IMG/VR virus record: IMGVR_UViG_3300049489_001303
Coordinates: 32,001 to 96,000 of that record
Source: a virus
DNA length: 64,000 bases
Direction: 5' to 3' (one strand)
Shown in pieces: positions 9,681 to 19,277 of this stretch; the first letter of the stretch is position 1, and the number at the start of each line of letters is the position of its first letter. Both the position numbers and the translations under genes were made by a program. Below the pieces are notes generated by a model. That model was not told where the DNA came from. It did no database searches and worked only from the letters and a program-made list of their open reading frames with translations.

Positions 9681-9709
9681 AGTATAGCAGAAGGAACGTT
9701 GGGTAGCAA
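9681..9709 (-). promoter_or_regulatory. sigma70-like promoter with extended -10
   Basis: TTGCTA-N17-TATACT with TG; the -10 lies 6 nt from the ATG at 9674. Confidence 0.6.
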
Positions 9710-9720
9710 GGAAGAGAGGA

Positions 9721-10485
9721 TCAGGCTATTTCGCTGTCAGAGCTGGCGACCGCCGGATTTATCTCGTTGATGGTTCCGTCAGTGTTCATCGTCCTTCCCG
9801 ATATGAACCCGGTGACTGTGTCCATAGTCTGGCGGCGGACTGCATCATCTGTGGATGCTACTACTGCCAATTCTGCCGGGTGCCACGGGAATACGCGGTC
9901 GCACATACCGGAGACGTTCTCCATGATCATGTTCTGCCCAGCGTTGAAGCCTACACCGTAGCTCTGGATCATGCTGAGTTCCAGATAAACCGAGCCGATG
10001 AGGTCCTTGCCCTTATCACGGAAGATGGCGGCTAAGCCAAACGGGATGTAATACAACTCAGAGTCGAGGTTGATGTAGTACATGTCCTCGTTACTACCGG
10101 ACACGGGGGAGTCATCAAATCCTTTGACATCCAGACCTCCCATAACGGCATTGTGATAGAGTACACGGTTCAAGTTTCGACCGTTGCAGAACAAGCGTCC
10201 GATGTTCCACGAGGTCTGACTCTTACCCGATACGAAAAACAGTCGGCCAGAACCGATCGCTTGAAGAGGCTGAGTGGGTTTCTGGCTGCTGAACTGGAAT
10301 CCTTGAAGCATTCCGATAGCCAGATAAGTACTCTTCTCCTCGTCTATGAACCTCGGCGGCCCCGCCAGAACCAGGGTGTCATCCGGGTGAGCTGATGTGT
10401 AAGCAGCATTATCAGTGAAGCGCTCTACCGAGCTATCCTGAGTGTTCCACTGGCTGATTCCCTTGGTGATTCCTAATCTTGGCAT
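9721..10485 (-). CDS. Tail tube protein
   Basis: IGMLQGFQFSSQK...AIGS and I.SY...AGQ..I.ENV patterns; downstream of the sheath gene. Confidence 0.7.
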   Translation of the reverse strand: MPRLGITKGISQWNTQDSSVERFTDNAAYTSAHPDDTLVLAGPPRFIDEEKSTYLAIGMLQGFQFSSQKPTQPLQAIGSGRLFFVSGKSQTSWNIGRLFCNGRNLNRVLYHNAVMGGLDVKGFDDSPVSGSNEDMYYINLDSELYYIPFGLAAIFRDKGKDLIGSVYLELSMIQSYGVGFNAGQNMIMENVSGMCDRVFPWHPAELAVVASTDDAVRRQTMDTVTGFISGRTMNTDGTINEINPAVASSDSEIA

Positions 10486-10531
10486 AATTGCAACCTCTCT
10501 CTTAGCGCCGCTGATGGGCGTTTTAATTCAA

Positions 10532-10993
10532 TTAAACTCTACTCAGACTGCCGTCCCGCATCAGTTTTGGTGTGGGTTGTGGCTGTATACCTGCTGCTCT
10601 TACCGCGTCATCGGCGCCAGCGCGGGAAGCTGCTTCAAAGCCAGCGGTGACAGGCAAACTGCCCTTAGCCACCGGATTGGCCCAGTTCAGGGCTTTCATC
10701 ACTTTATTTGTTTTGGCCCCGGGCAGGTCTATGCCCAACCGCTTATTTGCCTGCCAGGCTTTCTGACCGAGAGACTTAGCGGCACTGAGACCGCGGGATC
10801 CGAGAGCTCTCGCCCCAGCAGCCAGGCCTCTTCCGGCCAGCCCTTTAAGGGCCCAGGCACCAGCACCACGAAGAGCCGCCAGAAGTCCAGCCGCTACAAG
10901 GGGAGCGACAGCCTCTTTAACGAGGGGGGATGCCACGCCGTAAACAGCGTAAGCATCTCTCGCCCCAGCGACCTTGTAGCGTTCGTCCAGCAT
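10532..10993 (-). CDS. Putative internal/ejection protein (K-x-A, amphipathic)
   Basis: YKVAGARDAYAVYG...VKEA followed by a hydrophobic, basic Ala/Gly-rich region. Confidence 0.55.
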   Translation of the reverse strand: MLDERYKVAGARDAYAVYGVASPLVKEAVAPLVAAGLLAALRGAGAWALKGLAGRGLAAGARALGSRGLSAAKSLGQKAWQANKRLGIDLPGAKTNKVMKALNWANPVAKGSLPVTAGFEAASRAGADDAVRAAGIQPQPTPKLMRDGSLSRV

Positions 10994-10996
10994 CTA

Positions 10997-13780
10997 TCAG
11001 GCCACCAGGTGAAGGCCGATGGTGTTCAACGTCATCGGGATGTCCACAGTTACATAAGCTTCAATGCGGTCGGTGCTGACATCCGAAACCGCTACGCTGT
11101 CGATGTTGTAGCTGTTCAGAGGAGCGCCGATCTTCGCGACGAATTGTTTCTTCAGGGTCTCACCAGAGCCTTTGAGAGCGCTCTTGATGTATTCGATCGT
11201 CGAGGGCAGCACGTTCCAGCGGCCAATGAACGGGATCAGCACATCCAGGAACGTCACGGAGATATAGTCAAAGTTCTTGGTGACCATATACTCGCCGAAC
11301 TCCAACGCAGACACGTCGGTGGTGACTTCGTGGATCGAGTAGGGCAGCGTGGTGGGGGTGTCCTGGATGAAGACGTAAACGCCGCCATTGGACAGATCCG
11401 TGAGCTGCTTCTCGGTGAAGTATCCAGTAGATCCGGAGACCGTGCTGATACCGGAGATCGCCATGTTCGTGAAGCCCTGCTGAGTCGGGTTACCAGCGGT
11501 CTGGCCACCAACGGCGCAGGACAGATAGTAGCCGGGCTGCATGGCCGCCGCAACCGGAGTCGTGGGGTTAACGCGGGTCAGGCTGGCGTCTTTCAGATCT
11601 GCTACGCGCACCGAGTCCGGGTAGCAGAGGAGCATACGCTTGCTGCTATAGCTGGTCGCCGCGGCAACCATGTCAGTAACCTGCTGGTCCTTGGTCATGC
11701 TGCGCACGACTTTGTAGAACATGTTGCCCTGGCTGACCGCAGCGCCACCGATACGCGGGATATTGTGCGGAAGTTCATTTGCAGTCGTGGGTGTGTTCTT
11801 GCCGTGATTGACAATCGTCAAACGAGTCTGAGACTCTCGAGTCGCCACAACGAAGGTATCGTAAGTGGTCCAGTCGCCATCGGTTCCCGGGTTGGGATCT
11901 GCATTGGGGTTAACCGGCATGTAGATATAGTCGCCAGGGATAACGCCGTCAGTCACGAACGTTGCCGTAGAGTCTACCAGGGAGAGGTAGAGCTTGGCTG
12001 ATGGTGTGGGGTCGGGTGTTACCGTAATTGTCTCGGTCCCAGCCAGAGTAATCGTGAAACGGTTGGTAGATGTCCCCTTTTTAATAACCGTAAGGGAATC
12101 CCCAACGGCAAAAGTTGTTGGGCCTGTAGGAACTACGGCGCCAGCGGGGTCCACCTCCACATGTGTAGCATCAATAACGTGCGCCACCGTGAAGTTTGTT
12201 ACGACAGGGCCCGTGGCTTCCGTCAATCTCAGGGTATCACCCGGGAGGACACAAAGATCACCCGTGCCTGTAAAGGTAACACCCGTAAGACCCCCACCTA
12301 AGGCGATCTTAAGAGTGTGGTTAGTCGTCGGCGCTCCCGCATCCACAGTCGCCGTGGTAGCACCGCCAGAGACACCAGTGATGTTCTTCATGGCGAACTT
12401 CTCAACCGAGCCAATGCATACGCGGAACTTCTGCCGGATACCGTTGGCCAGAACGTACGTGGGATCCGAGAGGTTCCGGTTGTTCTGGTCGATCGTCGCC
12501 AGGACGCTGGGGTTCGTGGTCAGAGGCACGATGGCGTAGATGTAACGCTCGCTGCTGATCTTGTCGATGAAGTCCAGATAGCCGGCGAGGGTGTCTTCGG
12601 AGATACCGAACACTTTGACGCTGGTGGAGGTGTTGGCCTTCGCCACCGTAGCACCCACCATCAGCGGGTTACGGGCGTCGTACTTGCCCAGGTCCGCTGC
12701 CATTTCGGCGTAGGAGCCATAGGAGATCGGCATCTGCATGTCCTGGCGGAGAGCCGCGTATTCCATGTAGATGTTGCCGTAGGTCAGCGTCTTGCCTGTG
12801 AGGGTGCTGGAGAGGTCTACAGTAATGGCAGCATCGACCTCTACAGTGTTCTCATCTACCGTGATCTGACTGGCAGAAAGTTCGATGTCATCTACTTCAC
12901 GCTCAATGCGCCATACGCGCTCTGCGGCGGTTGCGGAGTTAGTCAGCGTGAAGTCATCAGCCATACGGAGACAGGTTTCGTTGGTGATTGCCAGAGTCTG
13001 AACTGCAGGGGAGTAGCCCGTAACGGCAACACCGTCGTTGTCCAGGAACTGGAGCGAGAGGGTAGCCCCAGACAATCCATTCACAGTATGGCTAACCCAA
13101 GCCTCACCCTCGGAATTGATGGCGTTTTCAATTTCCAGAATAGTGTTACTACGCACGTTTGCTACCGTATATGTGCCGTTGCGTTTGGTTCCTGCGTGGG
13201 TGTCTTCCGTGATGATAACGGTGTAGCCCGCCAGGATCTTGCCGTAGGTTATATTACCTGAAAGGAAGTCCAGGGTATGCCCGGTAGTATCGTTGATCGT
13301 AGAGCGTACAGAACTGACTACCGAAGTGATATTCGTTGTCGCGCCTGTATTGGTGTTGAGGATGTCACCCGGAGCAACACCTTTGGTCACGAAATCAACG
13401 TCACCAGCTACGGCATACGCTTCGAAGAGGTTATCCCCGGCAGTGTATGTGGCCAGATAGCTTGTATCTCCCACAACGATGCCGTGGATCTGTACCCTCG
13501 CCCCATCAATGAACACTCGAACGCTGTCTGCAGACAGGACGCCGGGCTCTCTGAGGTTGGGGGGCGAAGAGATCAGGACGGAAGCCGCAGGCGAAACGGG
13601 ATTCATGCCATCAAGTGCACCGTATTCTTGCTCGGTATTGCATTCAGTCTTGTCATCCAGGTAGTCCAGCAGCTGGTAGCAGGGGCCTACCACGAGAACT
13701 TCCATGGCGGGGCTATTGGCTACGATGCTCAGAGAGGCAAATTCCTGGTAAACGACAACGTTGGGTCTTGTAACAGCCAT
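10997..13780 (-). CDS. Contractile tail sheath protein
   Basis: N-terminal RPNVVVYQE; C-terminal sheath domain (FTEKQLTDLSNGG, TTD, IDSVAV..DRIEAYV..P.N.I); large insertions. Confidence 0.85.
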   Translation of the reverse strand: MAVTRPNVVVYQEFASLSIVANSPAMEVLVVGPCYQLLDYLDDKTECNTEQEYGALDGMNPVSPAASVLISSPPNLREPGVLSADSVRVFIDGARVQIHGIVVGDTSYLATYTAGDNLFEAYAVAGDVDFVTKGVAPGDILNTNTGATTNITSVVSSVRSTINDTTGHTLDFLSGNITYGKILAGYTVIITEDTHAGTKRNGTYTVANVRSNTILEIENAINSEGEAWVSHTVNGLSGATLSLQFLDNDGVAVTGYSPAVQTLAITNETCLRMADDFTLTNSATAAERVWRIEREVDDIELSASQITVDENTVEVDAAITVDLSSTLTGKTLTYGNIYMEYAALRQDMQMPISYGSYAEMAADLGKYDARNPLMVGATVAKANTSTSVKVFGISEDTLAGYLDFIDKISSERYIYAIVPLTTNPSVLATIDQNNRNLSDPTYVLANGIRQKFRVCIGSVEKFAMKNITGVSGGATTATVDAGAPTTNHTLKIALGGGLTGVTFTGTGDLCVLPGDTLRLTEATGPVVTNFTVAHVIDATHVEVDPAGAVVPTGPTTFAVGDSLTVIKKGTSTNRFTITLAGTETITVTPDPTPSAKLYLSLVDSTATFVTDGVIPGDYIYMPVNPNADPNPGTDGDWTTYDTFVVATRESQTRLTIVNHGKNTPTTANELPHNIPRIGGAAVSQGNMFYKVVRSMTKDQQVTDMVAAATSYSSKRMLLCYPDSVRVADLKDASLTRVNPTTPVAAAMQPGYYLSCAVGGQTAGNPTQQGFTNMAISGISTVSGSTGYFTEKQLTDLSNGGVYVFIQDTPTTLPYSIHEVTTDVSALEFGEYMVTKNFDYISVTFLDVLIPFIGRWNVLPSTIEYIKSALKGSGETLKKQFVAKIGAPLNSYNIDSVAVSDVSTDRIEAYVTVDIPMTLNTIGLHLVA

Positions 13781-13846
13781 GGTAACGCTCCTTGTTCAAA
13801 CCACTAAGTAATATCCATCAACCACTTCAATTATAGGGCAACCGGT

Positions 13847-14587
13847 TCAGCGCCCAACACTTTGTGTGGCTATGTCAACAAAAAATTCCGATGCGGAGGG
13901 TGCCCGGGCATTAATACGCGCCGCAATATCCCGCAGAACCGGCGCAATAGGCTCCGTGCCCCAGCGCTGGTCGAAGATAACCTCGAACTGAACAGCAGTA
14001 ACCCAGACGTCTTTGTCCCTCTTGGAGTACTGTGTGTCACTGAGCGAGGGCTCAATGATGTCGTGCAGGCCGAAGTCAGTCCTGAAGATATCTCTGGTAG
14101 CCAGGATGAATCCCCAGATTGTCTCAGCCAGGGCACTGGACTCTCCGGCGTTGTCCGACTCACACTCGATCGTTATGGCCATGGAGACCATGCAGTGATA
14201 CGCTTTAAGACCAGTTCGCTCCCGAGTGCTGGCCAGATTGTCCACAGAGGTTTTCATAACCTTCAGCGACCCACCCCCACGGCCCACGTAGATAGCGGGT
14301 CGGTAGTTACGGACAGCCTTCTCAGTGTTGTAGGAGGACTCAACCACGACTTTACGTGGTGAACCATCCGGTGGCGGAAAGCCGTCCTGGTCATCCGCCG
14401 GCCGGTAGTCGGGATCATAGACCCAGGGCATCGGGTAGGCGTCACGCAGGGCCAGGCGTTCTCTTATGGCGAACACCCACAGGCCTATGATAGCCAGGGG
14501 GCTTCCGACAAACACATCGGCGCCTTCTGCTTCCAGGCGGGGCAGGGCGTGGTTACGGCCGTCTTTACCTGTGAGTATCAGGGGCAT
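13847..14587 (-). CDS. Tail completion/terminator-like protein
   Basis: RPAIYV.RG and I.CES....ES..LA pattern; directly upstream of the sheath gene. Confidence 0.55.
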   Translation of the reverse strand: MPLILTGKDGRNHALPRLEAEGADVFVGSPLAIIGLWVFAIRERLALRDAYPMPWVYDPDYRPADDQDGFPPPDGSPRKVVVESSYNTEKAVRNYRPAIYVGRGGGSLKVMKTSVDNLASTRERTGLKAYHCMVSMAITIECESDNAGESSALAETIWGFILATRDIFRTDFGLHDIIEPSLSDTQYSKRDKDVWVTAVQFEVIFDQRWGTEPIAPVLRDIAARINARAPSASEFFVDIATQSVGR

Positions 14588-15463
14588 CTAAAACCATCCT
14601 TGATTTACCCAGGGATCTACCGGGATGCTGTATTCTACGGAAGTGGTGGCTATCTCAGAAACCCTGAGCTCCTGGTGTACCACCTGAGTCTGTATAGAGG
14701 TGTTCATTTTACTGTCCACTATGAAGCGCCGGTTATCCCGCAGAAACACCAGTATGTCTTTGGGCTGCACTTCCGGGATGTAGGGCAGCATAACCTGGAG
14801 GTATCGTGTCTCAACTGTGCCAGCGGAAGCCACCTGTTCATCAGGGCCAGCCTCTGTGCGAGAGCCAAAGGTGTATACAGGGCTCCAATAGCCGGTCACA
14901 ATACCTGTGCCGTTGCAGGTGGCGCAGTGGGAGCGGGTAACTTGCCCTGTAGCACTTTTGCAGGTGCAGGCAGTGCCCCACCAACGGCGCTTCAGGATAG
15001 CTACTTCCGTACCATTGCCTTTACGCAGCGCCACATTGGCGTCCCGGCGCAGCTTGCGGATGATACCTTCCCTGCGCTGATCAGCAGCGCTACCGGATAG
15101 CTGCTCTATCACAGTAACTACACCCTCATCGGCGTGGGTGGCAGTGACCTTGTAATAGTGTATGTTGCGGAGATCCATGAGCCCGGGGTGCGTCCTATCC
15201 GCAGGCGCCGAGAAGGAATCGTCCATGTAGTAGAAGGTGTCCGTCAGAGGCGTTGTGGTTAGCAGCTCCCACGGCCCTTCAGGGCTGGCAGAACTCTCCA
15301 CTGTGAAGGTGTAACCTGTGGCGTGGGTTATGCCGGACAGTGTCCACTGCAGGTAGACCTTACGTGGCCACAGCCCCACTAACCGGGTAAACTTTACAGC
15401 GTATTGTCCGGTCTTATACTTCTGCCGGTTGACGCCATAGGTCTCTGAGAGTGGGTGTACCAT
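14588..15463 (-). CDS. Neck/head-closure protein
   Basis: Fn3-like N-terminus; C.C...C..C.GTG..GY motif; position in the neck module. Confidence 0.55.
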   Translation of the reverse strand: MVHPLSETYGVNRQKYKTGQYAVKFTRLVGLWPRKVYLQWTLSGITHATGYTFTVESSASPEGPWELLTTTPLTDTFYYMDDSFSAPADRTHPGLMDLRNIHYYKVTATHADEGVVTVIEQLSGSAADQRREGIIRKLRRDANVALRKGNGTEVAILKRRWWGTACTCKSATGQVTRSHCATCNGTGIVTGYWSPVYTFGSRTEAGPDEQVASAGTVETRYLQVMLPYIPEVQPKDILVFLRDNRRFIVDSKMNTSIQTQVVHQELRVSEIATTSVEYSIPVDPWVNQGWF

Positions 15464-15952
15464 TTACCGGAACCACCGTGCACAGTAAGCATAGCCGGAT
15501 CCCAGACCGTTGCTGATATCACGCCCGTCACCCATGATGGACTCGAGATTCTCCTGCACTTTGATGCGCTGGGCGTAAGTGGCGAACTCTTCCTGGAAGT
15601 GCTGCGCCCACCGCATGTAGATGGTCTCTTTCTCATCCAACCCCACAGGCTCGATGTTGCCGTCCCGGGTCTGCATCTGATTACGCGCCTGCCTCAAGCC
15701 CTCGGACTTGAGCAGAAACCCGCAGGTTCCGCACAGCAGCACATAGCCATTGATGATGGTGGGGTCCTCGATGAAAGAAACAGGGGGTATTGCATTCCAC
15801 TTATACACCGTCAGGCGGATAGCTCGCTCGATGTCACTGTCGAGGAATTCCACGTTGTCGAGCAGGATGTTATGCTCCGGGGTATCCCGCAGAAACATCC
15901 GGATGTCATCTGAGATCAGACCAATATTATTCTTCGGCACAGTTACAGGCAT
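15464..15952 (-). CDS. Head-tail adaptor-like protein
   Basis: Start revised to ATG 15952 (GAGGGA SD); IRMFLRD..EHNILL, helical; neck module. Confidence 0.5.
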   Translation of the reverse strand: MPVTVPKNNIGLISDDIRMFLRDTPEHNILLDNVEFLDSDIERAIRLTVYKWNAIPPVSFIEDPTIINGYVLLCGTCGFLLKSEGLRQARNQMQTRDGNIEPVGLDEKETIYMRWAQHFQEEFATYAQRIKVQENLESIMGDGRDISNGLGSGYAYCARWFR

Positions 15953-15965
15953 CAGCGTCCCTCTT

Positions 15966-16274
15966 TCAAGGCCCTGCGGGCACTTCAGGCTCTTCCGGCG
16001 GCGTTGGCTCTGCAACCACCACTGCGACAGTCGTCGGCCCGTAGGCATTGGACTTGAAGATATATATTACCCAGGAGCCTGCGGAAGCCTCAATGGGGGC
16101 CTTCCAGTCTCCATTTTCGTCAGTTGTTGTTTCCCCGAGCCAGGTGTCGAAATCCCCAGCAGCGTATTGGATAGCAGAAAAAACACGGACAGTGGCGTCC
16201 TCTATAGGATCGCCAGATTGATCCACAACGCGTAGAGCATTTGCAATGGGGTAATTATGGGATAACGCTGCCAA
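15966..16274 (-). CDS. Small beta-sandwich (transthyretin/Ig-like) protein
   Basis: VVDQSGDPIEDATV...TTDENG.W pattern; GGAGG SD before TTG. Confidence 0.55.
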   Translation of the reverse strand: MAALSHNYPIANALRVVDQSGDPIEDATVRVFSAIQYAAGDFDTWLGETTTDENGDWKAPIEASAGSWVIYIFKSNAYGPTTVAVVVAEPTPPEEPEVPAGP

Positions 16275-16341
16275 AACAAAACCTCCCTGAAACTGAGAAA
16301 CAACAGCTTAATTATAGGGGATAAAGTAGAGAAGCGTGGAA

Positions 16342-16671
16342 CTAGACTGTCGGTGGGTAAACAGGCTGGTAGGAGGGGGGCTCAGAAGAGCCGGTCATAG
16401 CCGACCCAAGAGCTGCACCGCCAATGCCGGTTCCAGCGTAGCTACCCACACGAAGAGCCTTTTTGGACTTGGGGCTCAAATCCCTGAGCCACGCCTTGAG
16501 CTTGGCCGCAGCACCGGAACCTTCAATCGGGGCAGCAGATGGAACCCCCCGAGAAACTTCCGAGCGGCCTCTTCGTGCAGCGCGGCGGGCAAAGAATTTA
16601 GGGGACACTTTCATAGCGGCCTCTTTCTTTGTCCGGAAATTCTGAAGAGCTTCCTGTGCTTGTTTAAGCAT
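16342..16671 (-). CDS. Putative internal/ejection protein
   Basis: KQA, KKEAA, basic region and Gly zipper (AGTGIGGAALG); own promoter and GGAGG SD. Confidence 0.55.
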   Translation of the reverse strand: MLKQAQEALQNFRTKKEAAMKVSPKFFARRAARRGRSEVSRGVPSAAPIEGSGAAAKLKAWLRDLSPKSKKALRVGSYAGTGIGGAALGSAMTGSSEPPSYQPVYPPTV

Positions 16672-16738
16672 GATACTTTACCTCCGAATTAGAAATCAAA
16701 CTCAGAGGAATTATAGTGTAAAGTCAGGGGGTGGAGAA

Positions 16739-17350
16739 TCAGGAAAGTTGGGTTTTAGCCCAGGAGAGAATCTTCTTAGAAGCCGACGCAGACAGACCGA
16801 GGTCTACCAGTGCGTCTTTTGTGGAGTTTGCAAGAGATTCGACCGAGTCGAACGCCTCGAGAAGAAGATCGATATTAGTCTCCGTGACTCCCGGCACCTC
16901 GGTGAACACGTCACGAAGTGTTTTTCCGGCCGTCTCAGGAGCGGGCTCTTCCGCGGGGGAAACAGTCTCTACCTCTTCTTCCGTAGCAGTGTCCGTAGTG
17001 GCCGGGGAGATCTCTTCCTCAACTGCAGGGGCTGGTTGGGCCTCTACCGTTACGGGAGCAACTTCCTCAGGCACTTCTTCCATAGCTACTACGGGAGGAT
17101 CGACTACTTCAACCACTTCCGGAGCACTCTCCCGGGGGATGGCGGGGGCAATAGGCTCCACCGCTTCAGTGATACCTTGAGTGACCAGCTCGAGGCTACT
17201 TCCCTGCGGAGGCATAAGCCTCCGAACAGCAGGATGCGCAGCTGTCGCCGGGTGCACTATGATGGTCTCACCGGGGTTTACACGGAAACCACGGACTTGA
17301 CTAACAACGACAATCCCGTCCGTTACGTTTTTGATCTCTTCGAACTTCAT
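16739..17350 (-). CDS. Protein with acidic linker and C-terminal helix-hairpin-helix domain
   Basis: EVPGV.....LL..F.SVE.L......L..LGL....KI; GAGG SD before ATG 17350. Confidence 0.65.
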   Translation of the reverse strand: MKFEEIKNVTDGIVVVSQVRGFRVNPGETIIVHPATAAHPAVRRLMPPQGSSLELVTQGITEAVEPIAPAIPRESAPEVVEVVDPPVVAMEEVPEEVAPVTVEAQPAPAVEEEISPATTDTATEEEVETVSPAEEPAPETAGKTLRDVFTEVPGVTETNIDLLLEAFDSVESLANSTKDALVDLGLSASASKKILSWAKTQLS

Positions 17351-17367
17351 AGCAAACCTCACAAGCC

Positions 17368-18282
17368 TCAGGTAAAGCTGATTTCCTGGATCGCCAGACG
17401 GTTACCGATACCGAGACCGAGAGCCTCATAGCTCCAGAACTCAATAACGTCCGCTTCCTGTTTGATGTACAGAGTAGCATCCTGCAGGAGGTAGTAGTTA
17501 CCCAGGAAGTTGTTGGGAGCCTGGGGAGCAAATACCCACGCCTTGTCGGGCGAGTAGATGTCCTTTTTGATCGTCGTAACGACCGGGAGGCCCCACAGTT
17601 TCTGAGTGGACTCGATACCCTCATCGAAGTGCCGCTTCGCGATGTCGTGACCGACAGTCGTGGCCGGCAGGTCAAGAGCGTCCATGTAGCGGGCCTTCGT
17701 CATGAGCATTTTGCCCACAGGAAGGGTGCGCAGGAGCAGCTTCTTGGCCGCATTCTTGAAGGTAGAGCTTGCGAACGCCCCGGATGTAACCTGTTCGGCC
17801 ACGTTGGCAGAAGTGATCGCAGTGATGAGTTCCGCGAACTTCTTGTCTTCCTGGTCGGCCATGTCTTTAACCGAGTTGTCGGACAGGATCTTGCGAATGT
17901 CAGACGTGTAGGTCATGAGCTCGAACTTCGATTTCGTGAAGCGCTGTGACTCGATTTTACCGAAGTAAACCGAGTAACGGGGCCCACGGAACCAGGTCCG
18001 ACGACCGGTGCCCTGGAACTGTACGAACGTCGCTACAGAATCGGGCTCCTTGTCGATGATCTTCTTCGGCTGGTCGCTGTTCTCATCGCGGTCGAGCTGG
18101 TCTTCCGTGATTCCTTCCGGAACGATGATTTCGCGAACGGCCGCCGACTGACGGAGTTTCTGACGAATGAATGCCGAACTTTCGGCTTCGGCCTCTTTGA
18201 TCTGTCCTTCTTCAAGCTTACGGATGAAGTTGGAATTGATGAAGGAGGCGGAGACTTCCGGGTACTGTGTCATGTAATCCAT
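17368..18282 (-). CDS. Major capsid protein (HK97-fold)
   Basis: 304 aa, strong GGAGG SD, biased codon use, downstream of protease/scaffold genes; FIRQKLR...REII.P and C-terminal YEALGLGIGN. Confidence 0.8.
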   Translation of the reverse strand: MDYMTQYPEVSASFINSNFIRKLEEGQIKEAEAESSAFIRQKLRQSAAVREIIVPEGITEDQLDRDENSDQPKKIIDKEPDSVATFVQFQGTGRRTWFRGPRYSVYFGKIESQRFTKSKFELMTYTSDIRKILSDNSVKDMADQEDKKFAELITAITSANVAEQVTSGAFASSTFKNAAKKLLLRTLPVGKMLMTKARYMDALDLPATTVGHDIAKRHFDEGIESTQKLWGLPVVTTIKKDIYSPDKAWVFAPQAPNNFLGNYYLLQDATLYIKQEADVIEFWSYEALGLGIGNRLAIQEISFT

Positions 18283-18298
18283 GATAGACCTCCTCCGA

Positions 18299-18838
18299 TT
18301 ATGGTTTCGCAGGGTTGATGCCCTGCGGAACGATTACGTTAACGACACCTTTTACAGTGTCTGCGCCATCTTGACCAACAAAGCCCACGATCTGTTCGCC
18401 CTGGGCTGCCACTTTCCACTGACCGGACGTACCGGCGGAACCGACGCCGAGAGCCACACCGGGGGTCATGCCCGCGGAGGTAGCGCCAGCGAGGTTGTCA
18501 GCGATGCTGAGCTGGAACTCACAGCCACCCTGGATACAGGTGATCTTGTGGACCAGTGCACCGTCGAAATCCACGTCGCCGTCGATCGCAGTGAACATGA
18601 CCGAAGGGAAAGCTCCGATCAGAGCGGTGGCGCTGGTAGCCAGAACGGCCTGACCGGCCGAGTTCATGGCAACCAGAGTACCGGCTTTGATGGTGCCAGC
18701 GACGGGAGAGCCCTCGCTGTCAATCCATGTAGCCGCAGGGTTTCCCGGGTATACCGGGAGGACTACCAAAAGCCCTGCCTTCGCATTTGGGTGCGGGTCC
18801 CGTCCGATGATATCGAACTTAGAGTTAAGAATAGTCAT
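18299..18838 (-). CDS. Capsid decoration/cement protein
   Basis: Beta-rich, 179 aa, directly upstream of the capsid gene, AGGAGG SD. Confidence 0.6.
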   Translation of the reverse strand: MTILNSKFDIIGRDPHPNAKAGLLVVLPVYPGNPAATWIDSEGSPVAGTIKAGTLVAMNSAGQAVLATSATALIGAFPSVMFTAIDGDVDFDGALVHKITCIQGGCEFQLSIADNLAGATSAGMTPGVALGVGSAGTSGQWKVAAQGEQIVGFVGQDGADTVKGVVNVIVPQGINPAKP

Positions 18839-18913
18839 TTTTGCATCCCTCCTAATTGAGTGCGGTTTATATCAATCACGCTGGACTCATCCTCCAACGT
18901 AACCAATCAAATA

Positions 18914-19264
18914 TTAGCTCATTATGAAATCCAACAAACGAGAATCGGCATCATATCCGTTCTGAGATGCTACTTTTTCCGTTGTAGCAGGCTCTCCCAT
19001 AGACTCCACACGGTCTGAGCGATCCCCACCGGCGAGCTTCTGAAGCAGTGAAACCACTTCCGGGCCCATCTCGGCCATCTTCGTAACCGTCTGCGGATCC
19101 ACCGAACTCCCTACCATCCCCGAGAGGTTGGAGGCTATCTTCTGTGCGGCAGCATTCTGCTGAGCGGTAGCGATCTGATATGCAGCGGCCTCTGAGGACT
19201 CAATGTGAGCCGCAGTCTTCTCCAGAAGTTCAGCTGCTTGAATCAATAAGTCGTAGTTTTGCAT
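18914..19264 (-). CDS. Scaffold-like protein
   Basis: Helical, five K-x-A motifs, C-terminal LLDFIMS, upstream of the capsid genes. Confidence 0.55.
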   Translation of the reverse strand: MQNYDLLIQAAELLEKTAAHIESSEAAAYQIATAQQNAAAQKIASNLSGMVGSSVDPQTVTKMAEMGPEVVSLLQKLAGGDRSDRVESMGEPATTEKVASQNGYDADSRLLDFIMS

Positions 19265-19277
19265 TTGTCAGTTCTCC

